This document shows, piece after piece, positions 1 to 12,800 of a stretch of 64,000 nucleotides of DNA (positions are counted from its first letter, which is position 1; each line of letters begins with the position of its first letter). The notes under the pieces are model-generated. The model was not told where the DNA came from and did no database searches. It saw only the letters and a list, made by a program, of their open reading frames with translations. The stretch is from Paragordius varius (Eukaryota; Animalia; Nematomorpha): assembly GCA_964247055.1 (NCBI GenBank), contig OZ176052.1:10478001-10542000 (forward strand). Reading direction: 5' to 3'. The position numbers were made by a program, and so were the translations under genes.

Positions 1-497
1 TAACACTTGGATACAACACACTCACTTTAGTCCTTTGATTCAAATTGGGGTAGTTGGAGACCCCAGGCCTGTTTTAAATTAAATACTTAAAAATATATGG
101 AAGGAATCTAAACCATGGCAAAATTTTGGACTTATATAACATTAATTAACCGAAATATATAAAAAATTTTATTCAAAATCGAAGTGTTAAATTACATCTA
201 ACATTAGTAGAAATGAAAAAAGCTGTCTATTTTGTATTGTTTTTCATTTTACCATTGCAGAATGTCACGTTGACTAAATTTTTAACTTTCGGTTTTGGCT
301 TAAAATAAGTTATATCAAGTATTTTCGAATAATTTTTTTTATATACTTCGCTTTATTAATGTTATATAGGTGCAAGATTTTGCCATGGTTTTAACTCCTT
401 CCATACTTTTTAAAGAATTTAATTTAAAACAGTGGGGTATTTAACTACCACAATTTAAATCGAAGGACTAAAATGAATGTGTTGTATCCAAGTGTTA
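1..497. mobile_element. piggyBac-like TTAA-flanked MITE, composite: a short inverted copy (1-190) nested in a second copy whose right part is 191-497
   Basis: Starts (t)taa-CACTTGGATACAACAC and ends GTGTTGTATCCAAGTG-ttaa. An internal left-type end (aatcgaagtg-ttaa) sits at ~177-190. 191-497 aligns by eye with 30060-30314. Family also at 29787, 46957 and 61205. Confidence 0.75.
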
Positions 498-3173
498 ATA
501 AAAAATTTAATAAATATTATATTTTTGTTTTTTTATATGTAATTTAGTAAATGTTTTTGGAATGGAAGATATACATTTAACAAAATGTTTTATTCGACAA
601 ATGTGCACAGATTTGCCAATTTCCGATTAGGAGCTGTAAAAAAGAGGTATTAGTAAGTATTTCAAAACACTATGATAACTCTGTTGTATTTCCATCATAA
701 TATTTTATCAGGATAATTTGCCCTTTTTAGTATTTAAGTAGTATTTTAGGTTAGGCGCCAGTTTCAAGTTGAAGGGTGATTTTAATTTCTTTCAAATATT
801 AATTAAATTTATAAATGAACTCTAAAAAAGCAATCCAAAAGTAATAATTTTCGTTTATTATTTTTTGAAGTGTTTATTTAAAATCTGCTCTCAAAATGTT
901 TTAAAAAACAATTTGTCGTTGCATATATATTTTACTAATTATAGATTATTATAATATCTATAATTTTAAAAATTTAACTAATATAAATTTCATATATAAT
1001 ATTTGTTTTTCCATCTGATTCACTCCTTTTTGATAAAATCATCGGTATATATTTTTACCTGATAATTTTTAATTTCATAATTCCATTACACAAAACAATA
1101 CAATTAGGCCTTCACAGAATGTTTATGCTTAGAAATTCCGGATTTCGCGAATTTTTTTTATGGCATTTGTGAATTTATTTTATGAAAAACGTAATGAAAC
1201 ATTTAGAGTTTTTGATATTTATTTCACTTATTCACGGGATAAGCATGGAAAAAACTGGTATGATTATAAATTATACATTTTTATTAATACTATCTAGTTT
1301 ATGTTGAAAAATTATCCAATATTTTTTTGTTATATGACTTTTTATTTTCTATGTTTACTTTTAATAATATTTTTGTGGTATAAGATCGGATTAAGAACAT
1401 TATGATGGTAAGAGGATATAAAAGATACATGACCACAAACGAATATATTTTTAAAGTCGAGAACACCTTTACCTACTATAATGTATATATTCTAATAATA
1501 AAATTTAAAACATTACTGTGCAAAAAGTGTTGTATGTACATTTCAAAAAACAGACAGGGGTAATTACAAAGATTTGGGTTTAAATTTAATTTAATCCAAT
1601 ATGCATAGAATTTTATTACGTTTATTTGTACAACATACATCTGTATAATAATAATAATAATAGTAATATCAATTATAAATTTAATAATTTTGCAACAACG
1701 TTTATTTTCTGTTTGATTTATGAACTCTTTTCGGGAACCAAAAAAAAAGTTAGTTAGTTCATAAATTTTGTGCTTTAAATTTATTTTTATCAAATATTTA
1801 AAATCTATCTTTTATACATATATATGTAAGGGGTTTGAGGTAGACCACCCATGGCATTCACAGTTATTTAGTTATCAGATAAAAATATTTTTTCTTAAAA
1901 TACACATTCATTTGAAATTGGCTTGAGAATAAAAAAATTTAATTAGGAATCGGCTAGTGTTTTTCGCTAATCAAGTTTTTTTAAGGAAACACCTCATTTG
2001 TTGTACTCTACTAAAACGTAAAAGCATTCATTATCTGTGTTTTTTTTAAAAAAAATTAAGTTTAAATTAGAGTTCGGCGCCTAAAATCTTTACTTCAATT
2101 GCTTTTGCATCAAAAACTGTAATATGTTGTTGTAATTTATTTTAAGTTGAAAAAAAATAAGTCAAAAGTTAAACAATGGAAAAGTATGTAGCATTGAATT
2201 GTGTGTTTTTGGAGGTTTTTTTTCTTTTTTTTTCGAAATATTTGAATACCTTAACTACCTTGAGATGTTTGACTTTTATCAAAAATAAATTTTTCCCCAT
2301 TTCATATGTTGCATAGATAGTATTCAAATCTTTTGCATTTTATCATAAAAATTTTCAAGTGTTAAATAAATCAAAGTGTAAAACATAGTATGACTAAACA
2401 TGATAATTTGATCCATCCTAGGGGCAAAAAGAAATGGAAATTTTGATAGAATTTAGTTGTTTTACAATTTTTTGGTCGGTACTTTGGTTGATTCACACGT
2501 TATTTTTTAGATTTTTTGAGTTATGCCATATAAATAATTTTTGTAGATTATATGGAATTGACTTCCTTGTTAAATATTGAGTAATTAGTTTGTAATTATA
2601 AATTGATGTTAATCCTATGTCCTTACATACTAATTTAGCGTTGGATTCCCCTGTTATTATAATTAAAAAATATATAATTTATGAAAAATACGTCATTAAG
2701 TCATTTTTTCCAAGTATTCTTAGAATTAATTTTCATAATTTTTGACTTTAAAAAATATATATATTAATATGATTGCAAAGTGCTTTCTTTCGATTGCCAT
2801 TTCCACTTTTTCTATTTCATAATGTAGGTTGATGAAAGTTTATTGATTTTTTTGGCCATTAGGAACTCAAATTATTAATATATTTTTTTCAAAATAATGA
2901 AACATTTTGTATCTTTTTAAACGTCCGTCCCTAAACTGCTTGTTTTAAGGGAACGGCATCCTACCATTTTTCTTTTATATGCAATAAATCAATAATTTTT
3001 TGCTCTTTTATTGTGTAAATTGCAAGACACATCTGGACATTTTCTTTACCAATATCTAGCTAGTATTTTCGGTAATTTTAATTTCCTTACGTTTTGGGTC
3101 TTGCCAATAATCGAAAAAAGGAATTTTACATATAAAATGTATTAAAGTGAATTGAAATTTTTGAAATTTAGAA

Positions 3174-3433
3174 CAGGGTTGTCCAACATTCGGCAATGCA
3201 AAATATTTATGCGGCCAGCGAGAAATTTTAAATAAATGTTAGGGAATCTAAGAAAAAAATAATTTTCTTAAACAAATTTCTGATAAATATTTTTGAATTT
3301 TGGCAAGAAGTTAGCAAAAAATGGTAAGATTAATAGTTGTTTTCACAGTCTAAGTGTAACTCATAAAATATTTGTTAATGCCCATATCGTTTCCAAATGC
3401 TGCCCTTAAAGCCATTTATGTTGGAAACCCCTA
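3174..3433. mobile_element. hAT (Charlie/Buster-type) MITE
   Basis: TIRs CAGGGTTGTCCAACAT / ATGTTGGAAACCCCTA (13/16 match). Flanks atttagaa / gtctagaa are a degenerate 8-bp TSD resembling the NTCTAGAN Charlie target. Interior matches 55320-55459. Confidence 0.7.
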
Positions 3434-3877
3434 GTCTAGAATAAATATTTTCGACTTGAAGATGGCTAAAATTACTATTTTGGATTTAGTATTGACATCT
3501 TTGATACAGCAAAATTAGCCCTTTTTAGTTAGCCTTGATTTATTTATATAATTAATATTTTTTTCAAAATCTTTAAAAATTTTTGACAAATTAAATTATA
3601 TTCATTATAGAAAATTATTATTTCTCGATTTATTATTGATATGATTTTAATTTACAAAAATTAGCTTATATTATACAATTTTGGGATTGATTTTTTGAAA
3701 ATTGATATGATTTTAATTTAGAAAAATTAGCATTTATTACACAATATTGGAATTGATTTTTTAAAAAATTTGTTAAAGTTAAAATATTTCCCTTATATAT
3801 CCCTAACTTTATAATCCAGCAAATTAGGCCTTTTCTAAACATAAAACATATTTTTTAAAAAAATTTTTAATTTATAG

Positions 3878-6800
3878 CTCCTATAGTTGCCGTGGCCTGT
3901 GAAGAACAAATTTTCATAGCCAATTGCCATTCGGGTCAAGTTATACGCATCCTTAGTGCCATGTTTGGGCGTTTTAGTCTTTTACCTTGTAAGAATGATT
4001 TGGAGGATTTAAGCCTCGAAGATGTCGATTTACAGTGCATGAGCAAAAATTCAACCAGTATCGTTAAACGACGGTATATACTTTTGTTTTAAAAAAAACT
4101 ATTTATTATGATTATTATGTAAGATTGATATATTTGAGGTGCTCACACTTGACATAGAAAATAAAAGATTTGTTAAGTAGGTGTCTACAATTATACGCAT
4201 ATATATAATGTGGTATTTTTTTCTTTTTCTTTTGAGGTGGGGGTCGCTCCACCACTTTTAAAACAAATGTAATTATAATCTATTTGTTTGTAAATATATT
4301 AATTTATATGATTTGTCTTTTAGATGTTTTATATAATAAAAAAGTGTTTTGTTTGTACATATTACAGTTTTTGAATTTATTTTATTTTGTATGGTTTTAA
4401 GGCGCAAGGATTTATCGAATTTGTATCTTTTCTTTCTGACTTTATTTTTTCAAGTGTACATACACTTGATAAATTTATTTTTATAATAAGATATACGACG
4501 TAATCATTGAACTAGAAATATCTAATTGCTTTGCATATTAACTCTATACATACTTTTATTTACGCGCATTTCATAAGAATATTGAAATGCTAAAATTGAT
4601 TTTGTTTATACAAATATAATTTGAATAGATGTGAAAACTATCCGAGTTGTATGTTAAAAGCCTCACGAGACGTATTTGGTGATCCATGTTATGGTACACC
4701 AAAGTATTTGGAAATTCAATACTTTTGTGATTCAGGTTTTAGCTAACTATATTTTACTGATTTTTTACTTGCTTTGCACGTTATATAAAAGTTTGGCATA
4801 TAATTTTTGCTATATATATGATCTATCTTATGTTATATGATTCGTATTTATAACTTAGTTATATCGCTACGAAAATATAATGGTATTTAACGCATGTTTA
4901 GTTTGCAGGAAAGAGCTTTGTGGTCGTTATATTATTTTAATTATAAAACTGAAATATTTCATAAATGTTTAAATATTATACCACAAATATAAATCATATA
5001 AGTGCTTAGATAAAAATGTCTATAAATTTATATTTTTTTTATATGGGAATGTGGAAAATTAAGAATATTATAAAGGTGAACATGCCATTAAATTTATACA
5101 ATGTTTAGCCTACTAATTATATTTATAATTTGAAAAAGGGTTGTTAACTATATATTTTTTGGTGATTAGCAATATTCATTAAATCATCGCAAAAACTGTG
5201 AAATAATGTTTACGTTTTTCATATATAAAAAAACTAGAAAAATCTGTCCCTATATACAATATTGTCGATGATTATGAGTATGTGGAACCCGGGTCCATAA
5301 CTGGTATTGACTCAAATGCGCTCAAACCATCGACTTTAGGTAACATGTCACAAACACAAAACACACAATTTATATCGACAACGCTCAAAACTCTGGATAC
5401 AAAAATAGGGACAGGAGAATTAAAAAATGATTCATTAACAAACTTTTCACTCACGACAGTGACAGATATAAATTTTTCAGATTTTGTCTCAAATTCGACG
5501 ACCATTAACCCAACTTTAATTGGAAACAATGAAGTTGTGAGCAATGTAAATTCTATAACTTTTGCTAACGCTACCACTTTACACCATATTGATTCAATGG
5601 ATAAATCTTTTACGCCGGATAATTTGACAATTTTAAAGGAGACGCCATTGACTAACAATGAAATTATTTTAGTAAGTCTTGTTAATATACAGTTTGAATA
5701 GATAAATTTTAATTGAATTTTAAATAAATAAGTATACCACGGGTAATAATCATTAATTTTTTAACTCTTGATCAATGCTTACAACTGATTTTAAAATGTC
5801 CATCACCCATGTTTTTCTTTGTTTAAGTCTTAATTTAAATATAATTATAACTTTTTGATTAAGTCTTAAATTTACTACAATTTTAACAATTAATTATATT
5901 TGATTATGTTTGATTCCAAATAGACTAGTCCCACCATTTTAGTTAATGCAGAGAGACAAACACAGTTGACAGAACAAAGTGGAACACCACAGGAATATGA
6001 TAAGGCGATTTTTGAGACTTCCACACTCCAGGATAATGAAATAATTTTACAAGAGCAATCACAAAATCATTCAATAGTTTATGATAATTCATTAAACAAT
6101 GAAACACTCTTGATTCAAAAGGTATCCTCATTAGCCTTGTATTGTCCAAACGTTGTGTCACGGTTTATATTATGGCCCTCTACTCCACTCGGTATCTCAA
6201 TCCAACAAAAATGTCCAAACAACGCCATAGGTATATATATATATATATATATAGCATTTAGTAAAAAGATAAAATTATCTTTAAATAAGTAATGGTGATA
6301 GTTTTTCGCAAATATATAAGGTCATTTTATAATATTATTCGGTAAATTTACAATTACAGACCAATTTGTAAGATTATCATTTTTCAATGGATTTATGACA
6401 TTTTGTAGGATTTGCTCAATGGTTTTGTGGTTCTGATGGGCATTGGTTTCCACGTTTTCCCGATTTGAGTGGTTGTAGTTCGCAATGGAGCATAGACTTG
6501 GAGAATAAGGTTTATACAGTTTTTATACTTTTTTATTTAAATTTTTAGCTCCAATTTTGCTTTAATTGAATACATAATTAAAATATTTTTTACGTTTCTA
6601 AATATCTTTGGTATAAACTTAGCCATTTCTCAATTAATTTACGATTCCATTCCAGTATATACCATCCCTTAAAATTCCGTATTTTTTGATTAAAATTTCA
6701 TCGTCTAAAACCGTATTTAAATTTCATAAATAGCGATTCTTATAGGTCAATCTTAAAAATAAGATGCGAAATTTATTAAATCACGGTTTGAAGATGTAAT

Positions 6801-9800
6801 AAATGAATGGTTTAACTTTATATTTGGACTCTATTTTGAATGGCTTCTTAATTAGTGTTCTTTGATTAACACTCCATTTAGTACCATCGAAAAAATATGA
6901 GTGATATCCGATTCGCATTGGCTTATGAAATCTCTCAAAATACGAACGGTAAGGACATGTTGGGTGGCGATTTGAAACGCATTGTAAAATTGATTAAGCA
7001 TTTAGCAATCGATGGATTAAAATACAACCATACTAATACAACCTTAGAGAGAAACTTTACTCATGTATGCAAAACAAATATTTTTGTTTTTTAACACTTG
7101 ATTCAATTAATTTTTTAATTTGTTTTCAAATTAATTATTTGAGATATATTTGTATTAAAACATGTAGGATCTCATAAATGCCAGTAACAGTTTATTGAGT
7201 ACGGCTAAATGGAGAACTTGGAATGATTTTTCCACAGCTGATCGATGGAAAATAGGGAGCTCATTTCTCTCCGGGTTAGATAACATTGCCAACATGATCT
7301 CTTATCAATACAACTCTACTGATGCCACATCTCCCACGAAAATCTCTAAAATTATAGCTAATTATCCTTACATTGGTAAATATTTGCAAATATATTTATA
7401 CCATAAAGTGTAAAAAAGTTAAAACAGAAGGGACGTGAATATGCAAACAAAAAACAGTTTTTTGGAAAAAACATCATAAAAAAGATAAAGAACCTTAATC
7501 CATATTTTTATGATTGAAGGAGTTTATATATTAGCGTAAGAGACATTTAACGCCATATTTCATAATTTTGAATTTAACAACCATCACTCGCTAAAATGCA
7601 GTTTATTGGTTCAATTTATTAATATTGAAGCTGTTCTTTAAAAAACTTTTATTTTCACATATTTTTTGCCCTTTGTAAACTTTTGCGAATATGTGTTTTT
7701 TTTCAGTTATCAAAAGCGCAACCATAAATCTCAAATCATCACACGAAAGGACTATCACATTTTCTGATGTTGAAACGCAAAATCTTTCACGGCGATCACA
7801 TGAACAAATTGAATTTTTGCCACCCACAAAAATAAATAATGCTGATACTATTCAAAGCAGTCACAACTATATTATAACATTGTTGAGTGGAAGTATACTT
7901 GGTGTGCTTGCAAAATCACCCGCAAATGCTCTTTCTGAAGACAAATATCATAGTAGAGCTTATAATAAAAGGTCTGATTTCCCTGCTAAAACTCCCGAAC
8001 TATCCAAAGATAAAGTTCCAAGACTCGGTACCAAAATAATATCGATAATAAGTTCGCCCACCGGAATTAGTCATCTACCAAAAAACAATCACATTAATAA
8101 TAATAATAATTATACATTAAGCAATCAACATTTGCACCAATCCTACGTGCCCCTGAAACAAGCTATTGTGAGACTCAAGTTTTACATTCAACACTTTAAT
8201 CCAATCCCTATGTCAACACAATCGTTAAATTCGAGTTTTATACCAACTGAAGAATCTCAAATAGTTTTTCCTTCATGGATGCCTGGGAATCCCAAATGTG
8301 TGTTTTTCAATTTTTATGGCAGGTAAAAACAACGAAGTTACTTCATAAATTGGGAAATGTATGCTATAATTTTGCAAAATCCTAATTTATTTTCATTATT
8401 TGCCTGATTTTTATATGTTAATTATGTCTCCAAGAAATTTATTAAATTAATATATGTTTTAGTAATATATTCTATTTAATTATTGTGTAGTATTATTACC
8501 AAATAATATTATATTTTTAGATCAGATTGGTCCTCTGATGGGTGTTGGGTATCATCGTTTGACAAATCAAAGGGGGTAGTCACATGCGATTGCAATCATT
8601 TAACAAATTTTGCCGTTCTATTTGATGTTGTAGGATTTGAGGTATTGATTTTACGATAATGGCAGGGGTGTTCAACACGCTTTTTTGGTACGCAAAAGTC
8701 TTGTAAAAAAAATGTTAAAAAAATAAAAAATTGGCTTTTAATCAAAACTTTACCATTATTTAGAAGATATATCATATAAAATTAGGCCCAAAATAAATAT
8801 ATCATACAATCAAAGCAGCCGCGAAGATATTTGTGTTGGACATCCCTGATATAAGGAAATTTACCCAAAAAAATTTTGCAAAAGCTTATTATTTCATTAC
8901 ACTCTGTTTTTTAAGTATTATCATTTTATTTCTTTTATATTTCTTTGATAGATTCCAATTGAACACGACACCATGCTCAGTATTATAACATATGTTGGCT
9001 GCATAATATCCGCAGTGTGTCTCTTCATGGCATTTATAACCTTCCAGTATTTAAGGTATATTTTAGGTTTATATAATATGAAACAATTAATCGACTGCAG
9101 ATAACATATATGCTTAATATAATTTCAATTTTTATACAGTAAATCACCCTTATATAATGTTGAACTTTATAAAATTAATAATTAAACCACTTTTTCTGTT
9201 AATCTAATTTAATTAATTTTTTCAATATAATATTGATTAATATAAATTAACAAATTAAAAAATAATTTTATTTTTTTTGTTTTTTATTATTTTGCCCTGA
9301 AATGCCCATATTGAAATTAGTTTGTAGCAAGGTATCAATTAACTTAGATAAATAGGATATTGTTCAAAATTTATTATATATTTATTTAATACGGAATTGA
9401 TTTTTATAAACATTTTTTATTTATTATCTAGGAATTTGATGAACGAACGCATGATAATACATAAACATTTGTGCCTCAACCTTTTTATAGCCGAAATGAT
9501 ATTTTTATTTGGGATACAAGCTACGAGTCATAAAGTATTTTTTTGTTTCCTTATTGTATTTTACAACGTTTTCCCTTTAAATCTTAAATAATTATTATTT
9601 ATACAGGAAAGGAAACAAATTTTATAGCTAAATAAATATATTTTAAAATTAATTAAAAAATAAATTATCTAAATAAATAATTATGGTCAAAGTAAAGAAA
9701 GATCATACGGCGAAAGCAATTCATCATTATAGTTTTCAACCTTTAGTAAAGTTTTTTATTTTGCAGATTGGGTGATATAAATATGGATATAATTAAGAAT

Positions 9801-12800
9801 AAGGTAAGGAAAAATGCTAGAGATGATGAGATTGATGGTTGTTTTAATTTTTTATTTTTAAAACCTGAATTTATTTAAATATTAGATAAGAAAGGATATA
9901 TTTAATGATAAAAATAGAAATATTTTGATTAATTATGAAAAATCAGCATTATATACCATTTACGGCTCAAATTCACTCTCGAACAATTTAAAATCACCTT
10001 TGAACAATTCAAATTCACCCTAAAATATATTATGTGTTTTAAACATAAATATCAACTATATTTGTTTATATTTAAAAAATTACATTTCGTTTAATATTAA
10101 CATAATACTGAAAAAATGATAGATTATACCATAAAAAATAATCTATATTAATGATGAGTTATATTGGCTCGAAAACACATAACTTTTTTAGTGTGAATTT
10201 GAATTGTTCAAGGGTTAAACGGTTAATAATGTAATAAAAAATTTATTTAATCGTTTTCATACAATTTTTGATTTTTTTAGTTCTTATTAAAAAGAATTTT
10301 ATTTATTTGCATTTTTGTTTGCAGATTGGGTGTGCAATAGTAGCTGCATCTCTTCACTATTTTTTCTTGGTTGCCTTCCTATGGATGTTGATTGAAGGGA
10401 TTCAACTTTACACAATGTTAGTTGAAGTGTTTGAGAGTGAGAAATCAAAAATTAAGCCATACATTTATTTTGCCTATGGTGAGTTTCAATTATTATTTTG
10501 TTGGTATTTAGAGAAAAAAAATTGTTACATTACATTGTTATACTTTAATTAATAATTAGAATTTTATTTGTAATCATAGTTTTCGCATTATCTTTAAATT
10601 TGGAATAGAATACACTATACAATTTGAATCCTCTCAGATAATTAATTATTTTAGCTGAAATTTACTGTTTTTACAGCATAAAAATACTATAATTATCTCA
10701 AAACAATTTTATAGGTATCCCTTGTTTAATTGTTGGTATATCGGCTGCTATATTCCCTCAAGGATATGGAACGAACAAATAGTAATATACATTATAAATT
10801 TAATTTAATGATTTAAACATATTTTATTAGTTTGAAAATATTTTTTTTATAAAATCAAACAATATTTTATTTTGGCAATGTAGCTGTTGGTTAACATCTC
10901 AACGATATTTCATTTTCAGCTTTATCGGACCGGTCACTATGATTCTTGTGGTATGATTTTTTAAAAATTTATTTACATCTTCTTTATACCAAATACTTCT
11001 GATTAACTAACCACATATTGTAAATTAAAACATGTAATATCGAAGAAATTCAACATAATTTTAACCTCATTGTTTAGAGAACGATATTTCGCTTTTATTT
11101 AGTTGCCATATCTTGAACCTGTGAATACTTTCTTATTATATGTTGTTATTGTTCAACGGTAATTTTAATGGTACATCTTAATACTAGAACACTGTTAACA
11201 AAAAATTAAGCATTGGACATTTTTATTGCATTTGAAAAAATATATGATATATATGGTTTTTATATTGTAAACGGCTTTGATCAAGCTTTGATTTTTTTCC
11301 ACAAATGCTTCATATTCATATTCCACTATCTATACCAACTTTTGCGGTTATTTAAAGGTTCACTATTTATATATAAATATTATTTTTCGTATGTACTCGT
11401 TTTAACTCTATTTTTACATTCTTGTATTAGGCAAATTTTGTATTCCTTTGTATTGCGCTGTATATTATGGGACGCCACTTTCAACGCATGCCATATCATC
11501 AAGACAAATCTCGAATCTCACTTATACGGTACTTTTTATAATATTCTTCTGATACATTTCATTTCATTTAGCAAAATAAAATGTAAACCAAGGCAATCAA
11601 TCACTATATATTTTTATAAAAAATCCCTTTTTTGAATTTTTAGAACATGGTTAAAGGGTGCTGTCGTCCTAATATTCCTGATGGGTCTCACATGGCTTTT
11701 TGGTTTACTTAATTTGGATGGAAAAAATTTGGCATTTGCCTACCTATTTACAATTCTGAATTCATTTCAAGGCCTCTTTATCTTCGTATTTCATTGCGTT
11801 ATGAATGATAAGGTATTCTATTTATATTAAATATTTAAATGCTTTATAAACTAGAGATTAGAGTAATATTGAGATTATACGGACAAAATATTACAATTAA
11901 AGACAAATACAAACCGCAATTTTTAACCATGATTTTTCCCATATAAACTATGTAATTACCGTTTTAAAGTATATACATAAATAATTTACGTATCCTTTCC
12001 TTATTTTGAAACCATATTCTTAAGGTAGAACAATGTATTGATGTTTTTTTAAAAACAAATTTTAGTTTTAAGGTATTGTACGTGTAATATCATTTTTTGT
12101 AAAAATTTTCTGCATGACTTTCATGTTGATCCTTAATTGATAAAAAACTATTATTTTAAAATGTATTGTTGAAGTTTGAATGGCATTATTTACCCTATTT
12201 GACTCTTAATTTTAATTTTAAGAATGATCTTATAAAATGTGACCATAAACAATATTCTCATACCCAATCTAAAACTTTAAATTACACACACCCACAGGTA
12301 TTAAAGGAATATAAACGCTTATTTATGCGCTCATCTCTCATGCCTGGCTGGATTAAATCGTATGTGTGTATGCAACACTCTGGAACAACCACCTCGTCAA
12401 ATAAATTGATTGAACGGTTAATTACTCTTTCGTCTGGTGGATCTTCATCATCTAATCCCAATTTGGGAAACGGAAACAACATTATTAATAATAAAAACTT
12501 TAACAAAACTTTAAACCCCCGTATAAATGGTGGTAATAATGCTCATTCATTTAATCCAAAGGGAGGGCAAAATACCTTATATGCTAAAAGCTCCAACGAT
12601 AATGTCTTATTACAATCATCCAACCATCATCCCAGCGCAACTCTTAATAAAATTCTAGAGTCTCCTTCTGATGTTACCGATTACGATTCGCGTTTTCATC
12701 CAAACTTAAAAAATGGTAAAAGTGATTATGAAAATACGTATCGTATTTTACGACATCACCACCACCCTATATCGCTTGATAATAGTAGTAAACTGCAGAC

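Noticed and set aside
11213-11635. 140-aa hydrophobic ORF inside latrophilin
   Set aside because: Mostly AT-rich intron; the true TM5/ICL3 exon (11431-11528) is in a different frame.
5272-12506. Minus-strand ORFs 5272, 5943, 7603 and 12282 (similarly 27316+, 34588+, 59802+, 62748-)
   Set aside because: Antisense or off-frame shadows of real exons or of GC-richer patches; no independent splice chain or motif.
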